Assembly: GCA_963815115.1 (NCBI GenBank)
Contig: CAWFFN010000009.1
Location: forward strand, 288,001-352,000
DNA from: an uncultured delta proteobacterium
GTDB lineage: Bacteria; Desulfobacterota; Binatia; DP-6
Length of the DNA stretch: 64,000 bases
Reading direction: 5' to 3'
This document shows positions 1 through 11,836 of this stretch, one piece after another. The stretch's first letter is position 1. The number at the start of each line of letters is the position of its first letter. Below the pieces are notes generated by a model. It did no database searches, was not told the origin of the DNA, and worked only from the letters and a program-made list of their open reading frames with translations. The position numbers and the translations under genes were made by a program.

Positions 1-1179
1 CGCCGCCAGCAGGAACGGCGCGCCCGGCAGCTGCCAGTCCGTGCGCTCGCCGATGAACGCGGCGAAGGTGCCGGTGAAGAGCGCCGGCCCGATCATGAAA
101 GCCACGCCCTGCAGGCCCGTGATCGCCCCCTGCAACCGACCCTGCTCCGTCGAGCCCACCTGCCGGGTCATGAGCGCCTGAGCAGCCGGGCCAGCCAGAC
201 CCCACAACGCCAGGAGAGGAATCCCGGCGGAGAACACGGCGCCGGTCGACGCGAGTCCGTACACGGCGAAGCCGCTTGCCCCGAACGCCAGGCCGAGCAG
301 CAGGCTTCGACGTTCGCCCAGGCGATCGACCACGACGCGCACGAGCCCCGCCCCGACGATGGCGCTCGAGACACCGACGGCGGCGAGAACGAGGCCCACG
401 GTGCGGGTGTCCCAGCGGTATCGATAGTCCGTGTACAGCACGAAGATGCTGGGCTGAACCTCGTGGGCCACGGCGGAGACGAAGACGACGGCGGCGAGGC
501 CGAGGACGTGCGCGTGGCCGCGAAGCAGGAGCAGCGCGCCCACGGGGTTCGCGCGTCGCCACTCGAAGGCCGCGCGTCGCTCCGCCGGCAGTGACTCGGG
601 AAGGATGGCGAGGCCGTAGAGTGCGTTCGCCAGGCACAGCCCCGCGGCAATCCAGAACGGCAGGCGCGGATCGACGCTGCCGGCGAGCCCGCCCAGGGCC
701 GGCCCCACCACGAAGCCCAGACCGAAGGCTGCGCTGATGAGGCCGAAGCCCGCCGCGCGTCGCTCGGCCGGGGTCACGTCGGCGATGTAGGCCCCCGCCG
801 TGGTGTAGCTCGCTCCGCAGATGCCCGAGAGGACGCGGCCGACCAGCAGCCAGCTCACCGACGGGGCGAGCGCGATGATGATGTAGTCCAGGCCGAGGCC
901 GAGGTTCGAGAGCAGGATCACCGGCCGGCGCCCGAAGCGATCGGAGAGCCCGCCGAGCAGCGGAGCGCACACGAACTGCATGCCGGAGTACATGGTGCCG
1001 AAGAGGCCGACGATTGCCGCCGCGGAAGCCGTGTTGCCGCCCTCGAACTCCAGCACCAGCTTGGGCAGCACCGGGGCGGTGATGCCCAGGGCGAGCATGT
1101 CGAGCGCGACCGTGACGAAGATGAAGGCCAGCGCGGCCTTGCGGACGGGTACCACGACCCCGGTGGTCGCGCCGTTCAT
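1..1179 (-). CDS. TCR/Tet-family MFS efflux transporter (runs off left edge)
   Basis: Minus-strand reading from ATG 1179: RKAALAFIFVTVALDMLALGITAPVLP..., MFS motif A (GGLSDRFGRRPVILLS), GPALGGL, WRLPFW-like segments; frame open to base 1. Confidence 0.85.
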   Translation of the reverse strand, partial: MNGATTGVVVPVRKAALAFIFVTVALDMLALGITAPVLPKLVLEFEGGNTASAAAIVGLFGTMYSGMQFVCAPLLGGLSDRFGRRPVILLSNLGLGLDYIIIALAPSVSWLLVGRVLSGICGASYTTAGAYIADVTPAERRAAGFGLISAAFGLGFVVGPALGGLAGSVDPRLPFWIAAGLCLANALYGLAILPESLPAERRAAFEWRRANPVGALLLLRGHAHVLGLAAVVFVSAVAHEVQPSIFVLYTDYRYRWDTRTVGLVLAAVGVSSAIVGAGLVRVVVDRLGERRSLLLGLAFGASGFAVYGLASTGAVFSAGIPLLALWGLAGPAAQALMTRQVGSTEQGRLQGAITGLQGVAFMIGPALFTGTFAAFIGERTDWQLPGAPFLLAA

Positions 1180-1227
1180 GGCGGGGTGCCGCGAGCCGTC
1201 AACGATGGCGTCGGGTCGGAGCGTCCC

Positions 1228-1571
1228 TCATGCTGCCGGCGCCTCGATCACGCGCATCGCAGCCGGCGTCGGAACGATCCGCGCGACTCTGGGGCCCGCC
1301 GCCTCGAGGAGCGCGCGGTATTCCGATCCGGTGCGCGTGAGGTCGAACCTGCCGTCGCCGTCCACCGTGCGGAGCTCGATGGCGACGAGCGCGCGCATCA
1401 GCCGGTGCAGCGCACCGGGGTGCGCCCCCACGGCCGTTGCCAGGTCGGGCCGTCAGCCATCGCGAGACCGAGCGCGGCCGCGGTGTAGATCGTCTGCGGA
1501 ACCCACAGGCCCGTGATCATGCGCGCGAGCCGAAAGGGTGCGGGCAGGTCCGCCGGTATCTGCTGGGTCAT
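1228..1571 (-). pseudogene. Internally deleted, frameshifted O-methyltransferase remnant
   Basis: N-terminal dimerisation-like segment (RMITGLWVPQTIYTAAALGLA) shifts frame into GAHPGALHRLMRALV and jumps to a C-terminal-like VARIVPTPAAMRVIEA; SAM-binding core absent. Confidence 0.55.
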
Positions 1572-1656
1572 CGCGGTCCTCCTCTTCGCGCGCGACGATA
1601 GCAGCGGGGCGGACGAGGGTCTTGGAGAAAAGTCAGGCGCGCCAGGAGACGGAACG

Positions 1657-1686
1657 GAGACCGCGGGACTTCGCGCCGCGGTCTCT
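1657..1686 (-). terminator. Hairpin after rplS
   Basis: GAGACCGCGG ... CCGCGGTCTC inverted repeat directly after the rplS stop; no clear U-tract. Confidence 0.45.
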
Positions 1687-2060
1687 CAGCCCTTGTTCGC
1701 TTCTTCGGTGGGCTTCTGGCGCACGTCCTCGGCGACGCGCGCCGCACGGCCCGAGCGCTCACGGAGGTAGTACAGCTTCGCCCGTCGAACCGCGCCGCGC
1801 ATCACGATCTCGACGCGCTCGATGCGTGGGGAGTGCACCGGGAAGATGCGCTCGACCCCGACCCCGTAGGACGTCTTTCGGACGGTGAACATCTCGCGAT
1901 TCGCACCGCCCGAGCGGCCGATCACCGTCCCCTCGAACACCTGGATGCGCTCCTTGTCACCCTCGACGACGCGGACGTGCACCCGGACCGTGTCACCGGG
2001 CCGGAATGCAGGGACGTCCTTGCGCAGCTGCTCGGCCTCGATGCGGTCGATCGGGGTCAT
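1686..2060 (-). CDS. rplS: 50S ribosomal protein L19
   Basis: [26 protein letters not shown]...GVGVERIFP...[10 protein letters not shown]; canonical operon position. Confidence 0.98.
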   Translation of the reverse strand: MTPIDRIEAEQLRKDVPAFRPGDTVRVHVRVVEGDKERIQVFEGTVIGRSGGANREMFTVRKTSYGVGVERIFPVHSPRIERVEIVMRGAVRRAKLYYLRERSGRAARVAEDVRQKPTEEANKG

Positions 2061-2074
2061 GGAAACGCATACCC

Positions 2075-2635
2075 TTAGCGTTCGCTGCGCAGCCGGTCAA
2101 GCATGATGGCTGCGGCGGCCCGGACGGAGAGGTGGTTGTAGGCGCCGGTGCCCTCGATGGGCTCGAGGACGTCGTGCGCGCGCGCCAGCATGTCGGCGGT
2201 GAGACCCCAGCCGGTGCCGAAGACCAGCAGCTCGGGGGGGCCGTCCGCGGCGAGGCGTGCGCGCAGCGCCCGGTGGTCGAGGCGATTCTCGCCGGGGCGG
2301 GCCGTGGTAGCCACCACGCGGGGCAGATGGCCGGTCTCGCGCTCGATGTCGGCGATCGCGTCGTCGAGCTCCGGCGCCTGGCGCACCAGCGCGAGAGCCT
2401 CCTTCCGGGTGGCGTTGTAGGTCGCGCCCGGACCCACCTCCCAGTGCCGGATGATGCGCGCCACGAGACGCCGGAGCGTGTCGACCGGCGTGCACACGTA
2501 GAAGCCGCGCGCTCCGAAGGTGCGCGCGAGGCGCGCGATGTCGTGCACGTCGAGGTTCGTGACCGCGGTGGTCACGACCTTTCCGGTCTTGTCGTAGACG
2601 GGGTAGTGGAGCAGGGCGAGGTAGAGATCAGCCAT
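2075..2635 (-). CDS. SPOUT-class RNA methyltransferase
   Basis: [10 protein letters not shown]...[41 protein letters not shown]; lies between trmD and rplS. Confidence 0.85.
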   Translation of the reverse strand: MADLYLALLHYPVYDKTGKVVTTAVTNLDVHDIARLARTFGARGFYVCTPVDTLRRLVARIIRHWEVGPGATYNATRKEALALVRQAPELDDAIADIERETGHLPRVVATTARPGENRLDHRALRARLAADGPPELLVFGTGWGLTADMLARAHDVLEPIEGTGAYNHLSVRAAAAIMLDRLRSER

Positions 2636-3368
2636 CGTGGTCCTGCCAGCCCAGCGAGCGCAGGAACGCGCGATCGGCGTCGTCCAGCTGCGCGCCGCGC
2701 AGCAGGTCGGGACGCCGCGTGAACGTCGTGCGGAGCGCTTCCCGTCGACGCCAGCGCCGGATCGCCTCGTGATCGCCGGAGCCGAGGATCTCCGGAACCT
2801 CGATTCCGCGGAACGCCCACGGCCGGGTGTACTGCGGATGCTCGAGCAGTCCCGTGGCGAAGGAGTCGTCCGGTGCCGAGGCCGTGTTGCCGAGGACCCG
2901 TGGCAGGTGGCGTACGATGGCGTCGAGGACGACGGCCGCAGCGAGCTCCCCGCCGCTCAGCACGAAATCCCCGATCGAGAGCTCCTCGTCGACGTACGCC
3001 GCGACGCGCTCGTCGACGCCCTCGTACCGGCCGCACACCAGCAGCAAGCTCGACTCGCGCGCCAGCGCTTCGGCCCGTCGCTGATCGAAGCGCGTACCAC
3101 GGGCCGCGAGCAGGATGCGCCGCGGATGCTCGGCCGCGGCCACGTGCTCGATCGCGCCGACCAGCGGGTCGGGCTTCATCACCATCCCCGGTCCGCCGCC
3201 GTAGGGGACGTCGTCCACCTGGAGGTGGCGGTTGGTGGCATAGTCGCGCAGCTGGTGCAGCGAGACCTCGAGCACGCCGAGCTCCCGAGCGCGCTTGAGC
3301 GGACCGACCGAGAGCACGCCGCCGAACACCTCGGGAAAGATGGTCAGGATGTGGGCGTGCAGCGTCAG
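2628..3368 (-). CDS. trmD: tRNA (guanine37-N1)-methyltransferase; probable CTG start at 3368
   Basis: VDDVPYGGGPGMVMK, LVCGRYEGVDER, SIGDFVLSGGE, LLEHPQYTRP; the conserved ILTIFPE N-terminus lies upstream of the listed GTG at 3329. Confidence 0.95.
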   Translation of the reverse strand: MTLHAHILTIFPEVFGGVLSVGPLKRARELGVLEVSLHQLRDYATNRHLQVDDVPYGGGPGMVMKPDPLVGAIEHVAAAEHPRRILLAARGTRFDQRRAEALARESSLLLVCGRYEGVDERVAAYVDEELSIGDFVLSGGELAAAVVLDAIVRHLPRVLGNTASAPDDSFATGLLEHPQYTRPWAFRGIEVPEILGSGDHEAIRRWRRREALRTTFTRRPDLLRGAQLDDADRAFLRSLGWQDHDG

Positions 3369-3916
3369 TCCAGCAGGCCGGGCAGCGGCTCGATGCGCAC
3401 GCGCCGTCCGGCCCGATCGATGGTGCGCACCACGTCGGCCACGACCGGGATCAGGTGCTCCCGCCCGCCGTCGCGCACCTCCCAGACGTCGTGCAGGCCA
3501 TTCGCCAGCGTCCCCGTGATGGTGCCGACCGTGGTGCCGTCGAGGGTCTCGACGGTGAAGCCGAGCATCTCGTGGTGATAGAACTCGCCGTCGGCGAGTG
3601 CGGGCAGATCGGCCTCGCGCACCAGCACGCGAGCCCCCCGCAGGGCTTCCGCCGCCGTGCGGTCGCTCACGCCGGCCAGGCCGATGAGGATGCCGCCGCG
3701 CCCGTGGGCCTGCGCGTGCGTGACCACGGCCTCACGCCAGGAGCCGCCTCGCTCGAGGAGCACGTGACGGCCCGGCGCGAGGCTCGGGGCGGGAGGCTGA
3801 TAGGGTCGGAGCCGCGCCAGCCCTCGCAGCGCATGGGCACCGACGATCTCGCCAACGGGCACCGCGCTCGGATCGGGGGTCGCGGCCGACCCCGGAAGCA
3901 CGGGACCGTCGAGCAT
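3365..3916 (-). CDS. rimM: 16S rRNA processing protein RimM
   Basis: VGEIVGAHALRG, DRTAAEALRG, EFYHHEMLG, EHLIPVV; operon position. Confidence 0.93.
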   Translation of the reverse strand: MLDGPVLPGSAATPDPSAVPVGEIVGAHALRGLARLRPYQPPAPSLAPGRHVLLERGGSWREAVVTHAQAHGRGGILIGLAGVSDRTAAEALRGARVLVREADLPALADGEFYHHEMLGFTVETLDGTTVGTITGTLANGLHDVWEVRDGGREHLIPVVADVVRTIDRAGRRVRIEPLPGLLD

Positions 3917-3919
3917 GCC

Positions 3920-4156
3920 TCACTTCTCCTCGATGATCTCGAGGACGACCTTGCGGTTGGTGCGGGACGCCACGGCGTTCAGGATGGTTCGGATCGACTT
4001 TGCAGTGCGGCCCTGCTTGCCGATCACGCGACCGATGTCTTCCTTGGCGACCCGCAACTCCAGCACGGACGTGGTGTCCGCCTGGGTTTCCTTCACCTCG
4101 ACCGCGTCGGGATGGTTCACCAGCTGCTTGGCCAGAAACAGGACCAGTTCCTTCAT
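3920..4156 (-). CDS. khpA: KH-domain RNA-binding protein
   Basis: MKELVLFLAKQLVNHPDAV...DIGRVIGKQGRTAKSIRTIL (GxxG KH motif), between rpsP and rimM. Confidence 0.93.
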   Translation of the reverse strand: MKELVLFLAKQLVNHPDAVEVKETQADTTSVLELRVAKEDIGRVIGKQGRTAKSIRTILNAVASRTNRKVVLEIIEEK

Positions 4157-4201
4157 GGGGCGCAGCTCCTCTTCGAGCCCCACGAGCCGGCGCGGCTGAG
4201 G

Positions 4202-4534
4202 TTACGCTGCCGGCACGGGCGGGTTGACGTCGGCCGCTTCCTCGGACGCTTCGTTGGTCGTCGTGTGGGGCGCCTCGGCGACCGCCTCACCGGAGGCTCG
4301 GCGGGTCGCCTTGTCGATCAGCTGCAGCACGGTCAGGCTCGGCTGCGCGCCCTTGGCTCGCCAGGCGGCCACCTTCTCGGTGTCGACCTGGAGCAGCTCG
4401 GGCGTGCGGGTGGGATCGTAGAGCCCGACCTGCTCGATGAACCGACCGTCGCGCGGCGAATGCGAGTCCGCGACGACGATGCGGTAGAACGGACGCTTCT
4501 TGCTGCCATGACGGGCGAGGCGGATCTTCACCAT
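4202..4534 (-). CDS. rpsP: 30S ribosomal protein S16
   Basis: [41 protein letters not shown]. Confidence 0.98.
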   Translation of the reverse strand: MVKIRLARHGSKKRPFYRIVVADSHSPRDGRFIEQVGLYDPTRTPELLQVDTEKVAAWRAKGAQPSLTVLQLIDKATRRASGEAVAEAPHTTTNEASEEAADVNPPVPAA

Positions 4535-4550
4535 CGGAGACTTCCCCTGC

Positions 4551-5885
4551 TCAGCGCGCGAGGCCGGGAGGGAGGCCTTGCATCATCGGACCCGAGCCGA
4601 GCTTTTTCAGAACTTTCTTGGTCTGGGCGAACTGCTTGAGCAGTCGATTCACGTCGGCCACCGACGTGCCGCTGCCGAGCGCGATGCGCTTTCTGCGGTT
4701 GGCGTTCAGGATGTGGATGTTGCGCCGTTCCTCTTTCGTCATCGAGTCGATGATCGCCTCGACGCGCTTCAGCTCGTGGTCGGCGTCACCCATGTCGGCA
4801 CCACGCAGCAGCTTCTTCACCCCCGGGATCATGCCGAGCAGCTCGGTGATCGAGCCCATCTTCCGCACGGTGCGGAGCTGGTCCCGGAAGTCCTCGAGGT
4901 CGAACGCATTCTTGCGCAGCTTCTTCTGGAGCGCTTCGGCCTGCGAGCGATCGTACGCTCGCTCGGCTCGCTCGACGAGCGAGAGCACGTCGCCCATCCC
5001 GAGGATGCGCGAAGCGATGCGATCGGGATGGAACGCCTCGAGGGCGTCGAGCTTCTCACCGGTCCCCGCGAACACGATCGGCTTGCCGGTGACGGAGCGC
5101 AGCGAGAGCGCGGCGCCGCCGCGCGCGTCGCCTTCGATCTTCGTCAGCACGATGCCCGAGAGCGGCAGGCGACGGAGGAATCCCTGCGCCGTCGCCACCG
5201 CATCCTGACCCGTCATGGCGTCGGCAACGAGCAGTATCTGGCGAGCATCGACGGCCGTGCGCATGCGCTCGAGCTCGGACATGAGCTCGTCGTCGACGGT
5301 CTGCCGGCCCGCCGTGTCGATGAGCACCGTGTCGGCGCCCTGCGATCGTGCGGCGGCGACGCCGCTGCGGGCCAGGCTCACGGGATCGGCACCGGCCGAG
5401 GCGGCGTGAACCGGGATCTCGATCTGCCTCCCGAGGGTCTCGAGCTGCTGGATCGCGGCGGGCCGGTAGACGTCGGCGGGAACGAGATACGGTCGCCGGC
5501 CACGCTCGTCGCGCAGGTGACGTGCCAGCTTGGCGGCGGTGGTGGTCTTTCCGGCGCCGTTCAGCCCGACCAGCATGACGACGACCGGTGACGGGCCGCC
5601 GAGATCGAGGGTGGCGGGCTTGTCACCGAGCAGCCGCTGGAGCTCGCGGTGGACGAGCTTGATGAAGTGCTGCTCGGGCGTGAGGCTGCGCAGTACGTCG
5701 GAACCGAGCGCGTCCTTCTTGACCGCCTCGACGAAGTCGCGCACGACGCCGACGTTGACGTCGGCCTCGAGGAGCGCCAGGCGGACGTCGCGGAGCGCGT
5801 CCTCGATGTTGCGCTCGGTGATCCGTCCCTGGCCCTGCAGCTTTCGCCACAGGCTCTCGAACTTCTCACCGAGTGATTCGAACAT
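4551..5885 (-). CDS. ffh: Signal recognition particle protein
   Basis: [43 protein letters not shown], Met-rich M domain. Confidence 0.98.
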   Translation of the reverse strand: MFESLGEKFESLWRKLQGQGRITERNIEDALRDVRLALLEADVNVGVVRDFVEAVKKDALGSDVLRSLTPEQHFIKLVHRELQRLLGDKPATLDLGGPSPVVVMLVGLNGAGKTTTAAKLARHLRDERGRRPYLVPADVYRPAAIQQLETLGRQIEIPVHAASAGADPVSLARSGVAAARSQGADTVLIDTAGRQTVDDELMSELERMRTAVDARQILLVADAMTGQDAVATAQGFLRRLPLSGIVLTKIEGDARGGAALSLRSVTGKPIVFAGTGEKLDALEAFHPDRIASRILGMGDVLSLVERAERAYDRSQAEALQKKLRKNAFDLEDFRDQLRTVRKMGSITELLGMIPGVKKLLRGADMGDADHELKRVEAIIDSMTKEERRNIHILNANRRKRIALGSGTSVADVNRLLKQFAQTKKVLKKLGSGPMMQGLPPGLAR

Positions 5886-5916
5886 GAGTAGTCAGATCTG
5901 CGCCGGAAAAGAGGGC

Positions 5917-5945
5917 ACGCTACTGGAGGCCGGTCAGGCTGTCAA
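5917..5945 (-). promoter_or_regulatory. Sigma70-type promoter of the ffh operon
   Basis: TTGACA-17 nt-TAGCGT on minus strand ~30 nt upstream of ffh. Confidence 0.6.
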
Positions 5946-5955
5946 GAAACTGCCG

Positions 5956-5992
5956 AAAAAACAGGCACCCGGGCAATCGGCCCGGGTGCCTG
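5956..5992 (-). terminator. Rho-independent terminator of groESL
   Basis: 13-bp stem CAGGCACCCGGGC/GCCCGGGTGCCTG followed by T6 on minus strand. Confidence 0.85.
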
Positions 5993-6022
5993 CACATGCG
6001 ACCGTCGGGAACGAGGCGGGCG

Positions 6023-7977
<1,955 letters not shown>

Positions 7978-8075
7978 TGATGCTCCTTTCCTGGCTAAGT
8001 CGTTGAAAAGTCGAGGCCATCTCCAGCGGGGCATGCCCGGCGAGCCGGCCTGCAGGCAATTTTTTCCGGCGCCGC

Positions 8076-8103
8076 AAACTAACCGAGCATCCTCTCAAGT
8101 CAA
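8076..8103 (-). promoter_or_regulatory. Putative groESL promoter
   Basis: TTGACT-16 nt-TAGTTT on minus strand. Confidence 0.4.
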
Positions 8104-8152
8104 GCGCCGAAGCGTGTCGGTGGGAGGGACGGCGGGACCGATCGGTTGTCGG

Positions 8153-8962
8153 CTAGCGCCTGCCGCAGCCGGCGAACAAGTCGGAGAGGCGGGCGAAGAA
8201 CCCGCGATGAGCGGATTCGTCGGTCAGGCGATAGAGACGGAAAGTCCCTTTGAACGAGATCGGGATCGGGAAGGGCGCCGAGGCGACCATCGCGCTGTCG
8301 AAGTTGCCCGTGTAGTCCTGGCCGGTCTGGTCCATCACCGAGTAGACCATCACCTGGCGGTTGAGCGGACCTGCCTTGGCGTCGAAGTCCCAGCGCTGCC
8401 GGACGACCCACTTGGAGTCCTTGGAGCGGGGCTCGTTCTTGATCGTGTCGTCGAAGGCGTCGAGCCCGGAGATGTCGGTCTTCACATGCGCGACGTGGCT
8501 GTCCGTCGACGGTAAGTTCGCCCAGCCGCTGGCAAGCTTGGCGAGGTCGTCGGCGGACGGCCGCCACAGCGTTGCGTCCGCGTTGCTCTTGTCGAAACCT
8601 TCCCTCATCGGCGAGGGCAGGCTGACGAACCGCTGCGTCAGCACCGGCTTGCCGTCCTTGGTCGTCACCTCCCAGAACATCGGGATGGTGGTCTGGCGGC
8701 CGCCGGGCAGCTCGAGCCACCCGAGGGCGAGCCAGCGACCGGTGAGATCGGGCACGGTGCCCTGGACGATCGTCTCCTGGACGAGCTGCCCGGGAGCGGC
8801 GGCTCCGGACGGTGCCGGCTGGGCGGCGGGCGCGGTCGGCGCTGGCTGTGCGGCGGGCGCGGTGGGCGCCTGCGGCGCCTCGTCGGCGGCCTGGGAGACC
8901 GCACCCGCGACGAGCGCGAGCACCGTCATCAGCGCTGGGAGGGGAGCGCACCGGGGTCGCAT
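8153..8962 (-). CDS. Secreted hypothetical protein
   Basis: Signal peptide, Pro/Ala/Gln repeats (APTAPAAQP), then a beta-rich globular domain; host-like codon use. Confidence 0.7.
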   Translation of the reverse strand: MRPRCAPLPALMTVLALVAGAVSQAADEAPQAPTAPAAQPAPTAPAAQPAPSGAAAPGQLVQETIVQGTVPDLTGRWLALGWLELPGGRQTTIPMFWEVTTKDGKPVLTQRFVSLPSPMREGFDKSNADATLWRPSADDLAKLASGWANLPSTDSHVAHVKTDISGLDAFDDTIKNEPRSKDSKWVVRQRWDFDAKAGPLNRQVMVYSVMDQTGQDYTGNFDSAMVASAPFPIPISFKGTFRLYRLTDESAHRGFFARLSDLFAGCGRR

Positions 8963-9070
8963 GGCGCGAGGGGCTCTAACAGGGGTCCCCGGAAGGGTCA
9001 AGTTTGAAGAAGCCCCCGGCGCGGCAATTTGACGGACATGCGACGCCGTGACGCAGGAGGACGGCCGCGC

Positions 9071-9343
9071 TCAGGACGTCCGGCCGCCCAGCTTCCGCCG
9101 TTCCTCTTCGTAGTACTTTCGGTAGAGGACGTCCCACTCCCGGCTGCCCGGCACCACCCGCTTGGGCATGCGGGCACGCGTGAGCTGGTCGAGGCGGCCG
9201 TCGACCGAGAAGGCGTCCGTCAGACCGCGCTTGGCCTCGTTCAGGAACAGGCGATCATTGCGGACCCGGCCGAGCTTCTCGTCGAGGATGCAGCGCTGCA
9301 GGGCGTGCGCCAGGAAGGAGAGCCTGCCTTCCGAAAGGTTCAC
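9071..9343 (-). CDS. DUF507-like protein
   Basis: MNLSEGRLSFLAH...VVPGSREWDVLYRKYYEEE. Confidence 0.75.
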   Translation of the reverse strand: MNLSEGRLSFLAHALQRCILDEKLGRVRNDRLFLNEAKRGLTDAFSVDGRLDQLTRARMPKRVVPGSREWDVLYRKYYEEERRKLGGRTS

Positions 9344-9636
9344 AGCACGAACCCACGCGCCTTGGCGAGGCGCTGCTTCACGAGCTGCTCCACCCGGCGC
9401 AGGTCGAGGTCCTCGCGGCGCACGCCCGGCGCGCCCTGACGGACGAGCTTCTCGGCCTCGGCCATCGCGTCGCGCTCGATGGCCTCCTCGTCGTCGAAGT
9501 TCTTCGTCAGGAGCGCCACGAAACGCGCCTTCACGCGCTCCTCCGGAACGTCGAGCTCGACGACGTCGGCCTCTACCAGCCGGCGGACCAGAGCCTCGGC
9601 GACGCGGGTGACCTGCGCGGCGGACGGCCGCATCAT
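9340..9636 (-). CDS. DUF507-like protein
   Basis: Ends VKQRLAKARGFVL; 4-nt overlap with its partner gene. Confidence 0.7.
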   Translation of the reverse strand: MMRPSAAQVTRVAEALVRRLVEADVVELDVPEERVKARFVALLTKNFDDEEAIERDAMAEAEKLVRQGAPGVRREDLDLRRVEQLVKQRLAKARGFVL

Positions 9637-9702
9637 TTCCGAACTAGACGGACGCTGGCGTTCTTGCAAGACTTCGTTGACACGCGCGGGGGGTGGCGAT
9701 AA

Positions 9703-10647
9703 GTGGGCGCGAGATTGAGGCCCTCGCCGATCGGAAAGCCGGCGCGCATCCGGAGCGGGGACGTCGTCGGAGTGGTGGCTCCGTCCGGTGTGGTGGCGGA
9801 GGAGCGGCTCGGAGCTGGCGTTCGCGTGCTCGAGAGCCTGGGGCTGCGGGTGGTCGCCGGCGAGTCGGTGCTCGCACGCCGGGCGTACCTCGCCGGCTCC
9901 GATGCGGAGCGTGGCGCGGACCTGCAACGCATGCTGGACGACCCTGCGATCCGCGCCGTGTTCTGCGCTCGCGGCGGGTTCGGCGCGCAGCGAATCATCC
10001 CGGCGCTCGATCTCGACACGGTCCGCCGTCAGCCCAAGCCCGTCATCGGCTACAGCGACGCCACGGCGCTGCTGGCCGCGCTGGTGCGCGCCGGCGTCGT
10101 CGGAATCCACGGTCCGATGGTGGCCGTCGACCTCGCCCGCGGTCTGTCGGCGCGCTCGCTGTCGCACCTCGAGCACGTGCTCGCCGATCCGGCGTATCTG
10201 TGGGAGGTGGAGGTGCCCGTCTCCGTCCGTCCGGGACGTGCCAGGGGGAGGCTGCTCGGTGGAACGCTCTCGGTCCTCGCCACCACGTTCGGCACGCCCT
10301 ACGCGCCCGACCTCGACGATGCCGTCCTCTTCCTCGAGGACGTCCACGAGTGGCCCTACCGGCTCGATCGGCTGCTCACGCAGCTCCGGCAGTCGGGCAA
10401 GCTCGAGCGGGTCGCCGGTGTCGTGTTCGGCACCATGGCGGCGTGTCGCATCCTCGACGGGATGAGCGCCATCGAGGTGATACGCGACGCGTTCGATGGA
10501 GCGCCTTATCCCGTCGGCTTCGGCCTCCCCGCCGGCCACGATCCGGCAGCCACCGGCGTGGAGAACGTCGCGCTGCCCTTCGGGGTCGAGGTCGAGCTCG
10601 ACGTCGACCGCGGACGACTGCTGGCGCTGGAGCCGGCCGTCGTCTGA
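9703..10647 (+). CDS. ldcA: LD-carboxypeptidase (peptidase S66)
   Basis: VVAPSG, CARGGFG, IGYSDAT (catalytic Ser), GGTLS, LFLEDV, AGH. Confidence 0.88.
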   Translation: MGARLRPSPIGKPARIRSGDVVGVVAPSGVVAEERLGAGVRVLESLGLRVVAGESVLARRAYLAGSDAERGADLQRMLDDPAIRAVFCARGGFGAQRIIPALDLDTVRRQPKPVIGYSDATALLAALVRAGVVGIHGPMVAVDLARGLSARSLSHLEHVLADPAYLWEVEVPVSVRPGRARGRLLGGTLSVLATTFGTPYAPDLDDAVLFLEDVHEWPYRLDRLLTQLRQSGKLERVAGVVFGTMAACRILDGMSAIEVIRDAFDGAPYPVGFGLPAGHDPAATGVENVALPFGVEVELDVDRGRLLALEPAVV

Positions 10648-10654
10648 GCCGTCC

Positions 10655-11836
10655 ATGACGCTCCCCAGCCCGGCGCGAGGTGGCTTCGAGCAGGTCACGG
10701 CCATCATCAACGAGGCCGTCGCGGCCGGCGCGTTCCCCGGCGCCGTCCTGCTGGTCGCCCAGCGCGGCGAGGTGCTCCATCACGCCGCCTTCGGGTCGCG
10801 CAGCGTCGATCCCCAGCGCACCCCCATGGAGCGGCACACGGTGTTCGATCTGTCGTCGCTCACCAAGCCGCTCGCGACCACCACCGCCGTGATGCTGCTG
10901 GTGCGCGAAGGCAAGCTGCGCGTCGAGGACCGGGTCACCCGTTTCATCCCGAACTTCGGCGTGTACGGCAAGGCCGGCATCAGCGTGCACCATCTGCTCG
11001 CCCACTGCTCGGGGCTGGCGGCATGGCGCCCATTTCACACCGAGGTCGCGGAGGCGGCACGCAGCCGGCGGTCTCCCAGTCTCGCGACCCGCAGCCGGCG
11101 GTCTCCCAGTCTCGCGACCCGCAGCGCGCGCGAGTTCATCTACGAGCAGATCCACCGGGCGCGCCTCGAGTACCCGCCAGCCTCGCGCAGCCTCTACAGC
11201 GATCTCGGCTTCCTGGTGCTGGGAGAGCTGGTGGAGCTGGTTGCCGGCGCGACGCTCGATCGCGTCTGCCACGAGCGCATCTTCCGGCCACTCGGGCTGC
11301 GATCGACCGGCTTCGTCGACCTCGAGCGCCTGCGCCTGGAGCGCCTCGCGCCGGTGGCGTCCACGATCGCGCCCACCGAGCGCTGCCCGAGGCGAGGGAA
11401 GGTGCTGTGCGGCGAGGTGCACGACGACAACGCCTGGGCGGCGGGCGGCGTCGCCGGCCACGCCGGCCTGTTCGCGAGTGCGGCCGACGTGCATGCGCTC
11501 GTGTGCCGGCTGCGCGCCTGCGCCCTCGGCGAGGATCCGTTCCTGCCCGCCGATGTGGTGCGGCGCTTCTGGACCCGCGACGCCCTGGTGCACGATTCGA
11601 CGTGGGCGCTCGGCTGGGACACGCCCTCGGCCACGGGCTCGAGCGCGGGAGCGAAGGTGAGCCGGCACGCCGTGGGCCACCTCGGCTTCACCGGGACCTC
11701 GATCTGGATCGATCTCGAGCGCGACGCGCACGTGATCTTCTTGACCAACCGCGTGCACCCCAGTCGCCAGGACGAGCGCATCCGCGAGGTGCGTCCGCGC
11801 GTGCACGACGCGGTGTGGGAAGCGCTCGACGGATGA
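10655..11836 (+). CDS. Beta-lactamase-fold serine hydrolase (AmiE-like muropeptide amidase candidate)
   Basis: FDLSSLTK (SxxK), YSDLGF, GEVHDDNA, AGHAGLF, GHLGFTGTS, LTNRVHP. Confidence 0.85.
   Translation: MTLPSPARGGFEQVTAIINEAVAAGAFPGAVLLVAQRGEVLHHAAFGSRSVDPQRTPMERHTVFDLSSLTKPLATTTAVMLLVREGKLRVEDRVTRFIPNFGVYGKAGISVHHLLAHCSGLAAWRPFHTEVAEAARSRRSPSLATRSRRSPSLATRSAREFIYEQIHRARLEYPPASRSLYSDLGFLVLGELVELVAGATLDRVCHERIFRPLGLRSTGFVDLERLRLERLAPVASTIAPTERCPRRGKVLCGEVHDDNAWAAGGVAGHAGLFASAADVHALVCRLRACALGEDPFLPADVVRRFWTRDALVHDSTWALGWDTPSATGSSAGAKVSRHAVGHLGFTGTSIWIDLERDAHVIFLTNRVHPSRQDERIREVRPRVHDAVWEALDG
11060..11125 (+). repeat. Perfect in-frame 30-bp tandem duplication
   Basis: CGCAGCCGGCGGTCTCCCAGTCTCGCGACC x2, encoding RSRRSPSLAT twice. 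Confidence 0.95.

Noticed and set aside
7978-8150. CIRCE element upstream of groES
   Set aside because: No TTAGCACTC-N9-GAGTGCTAA is present.
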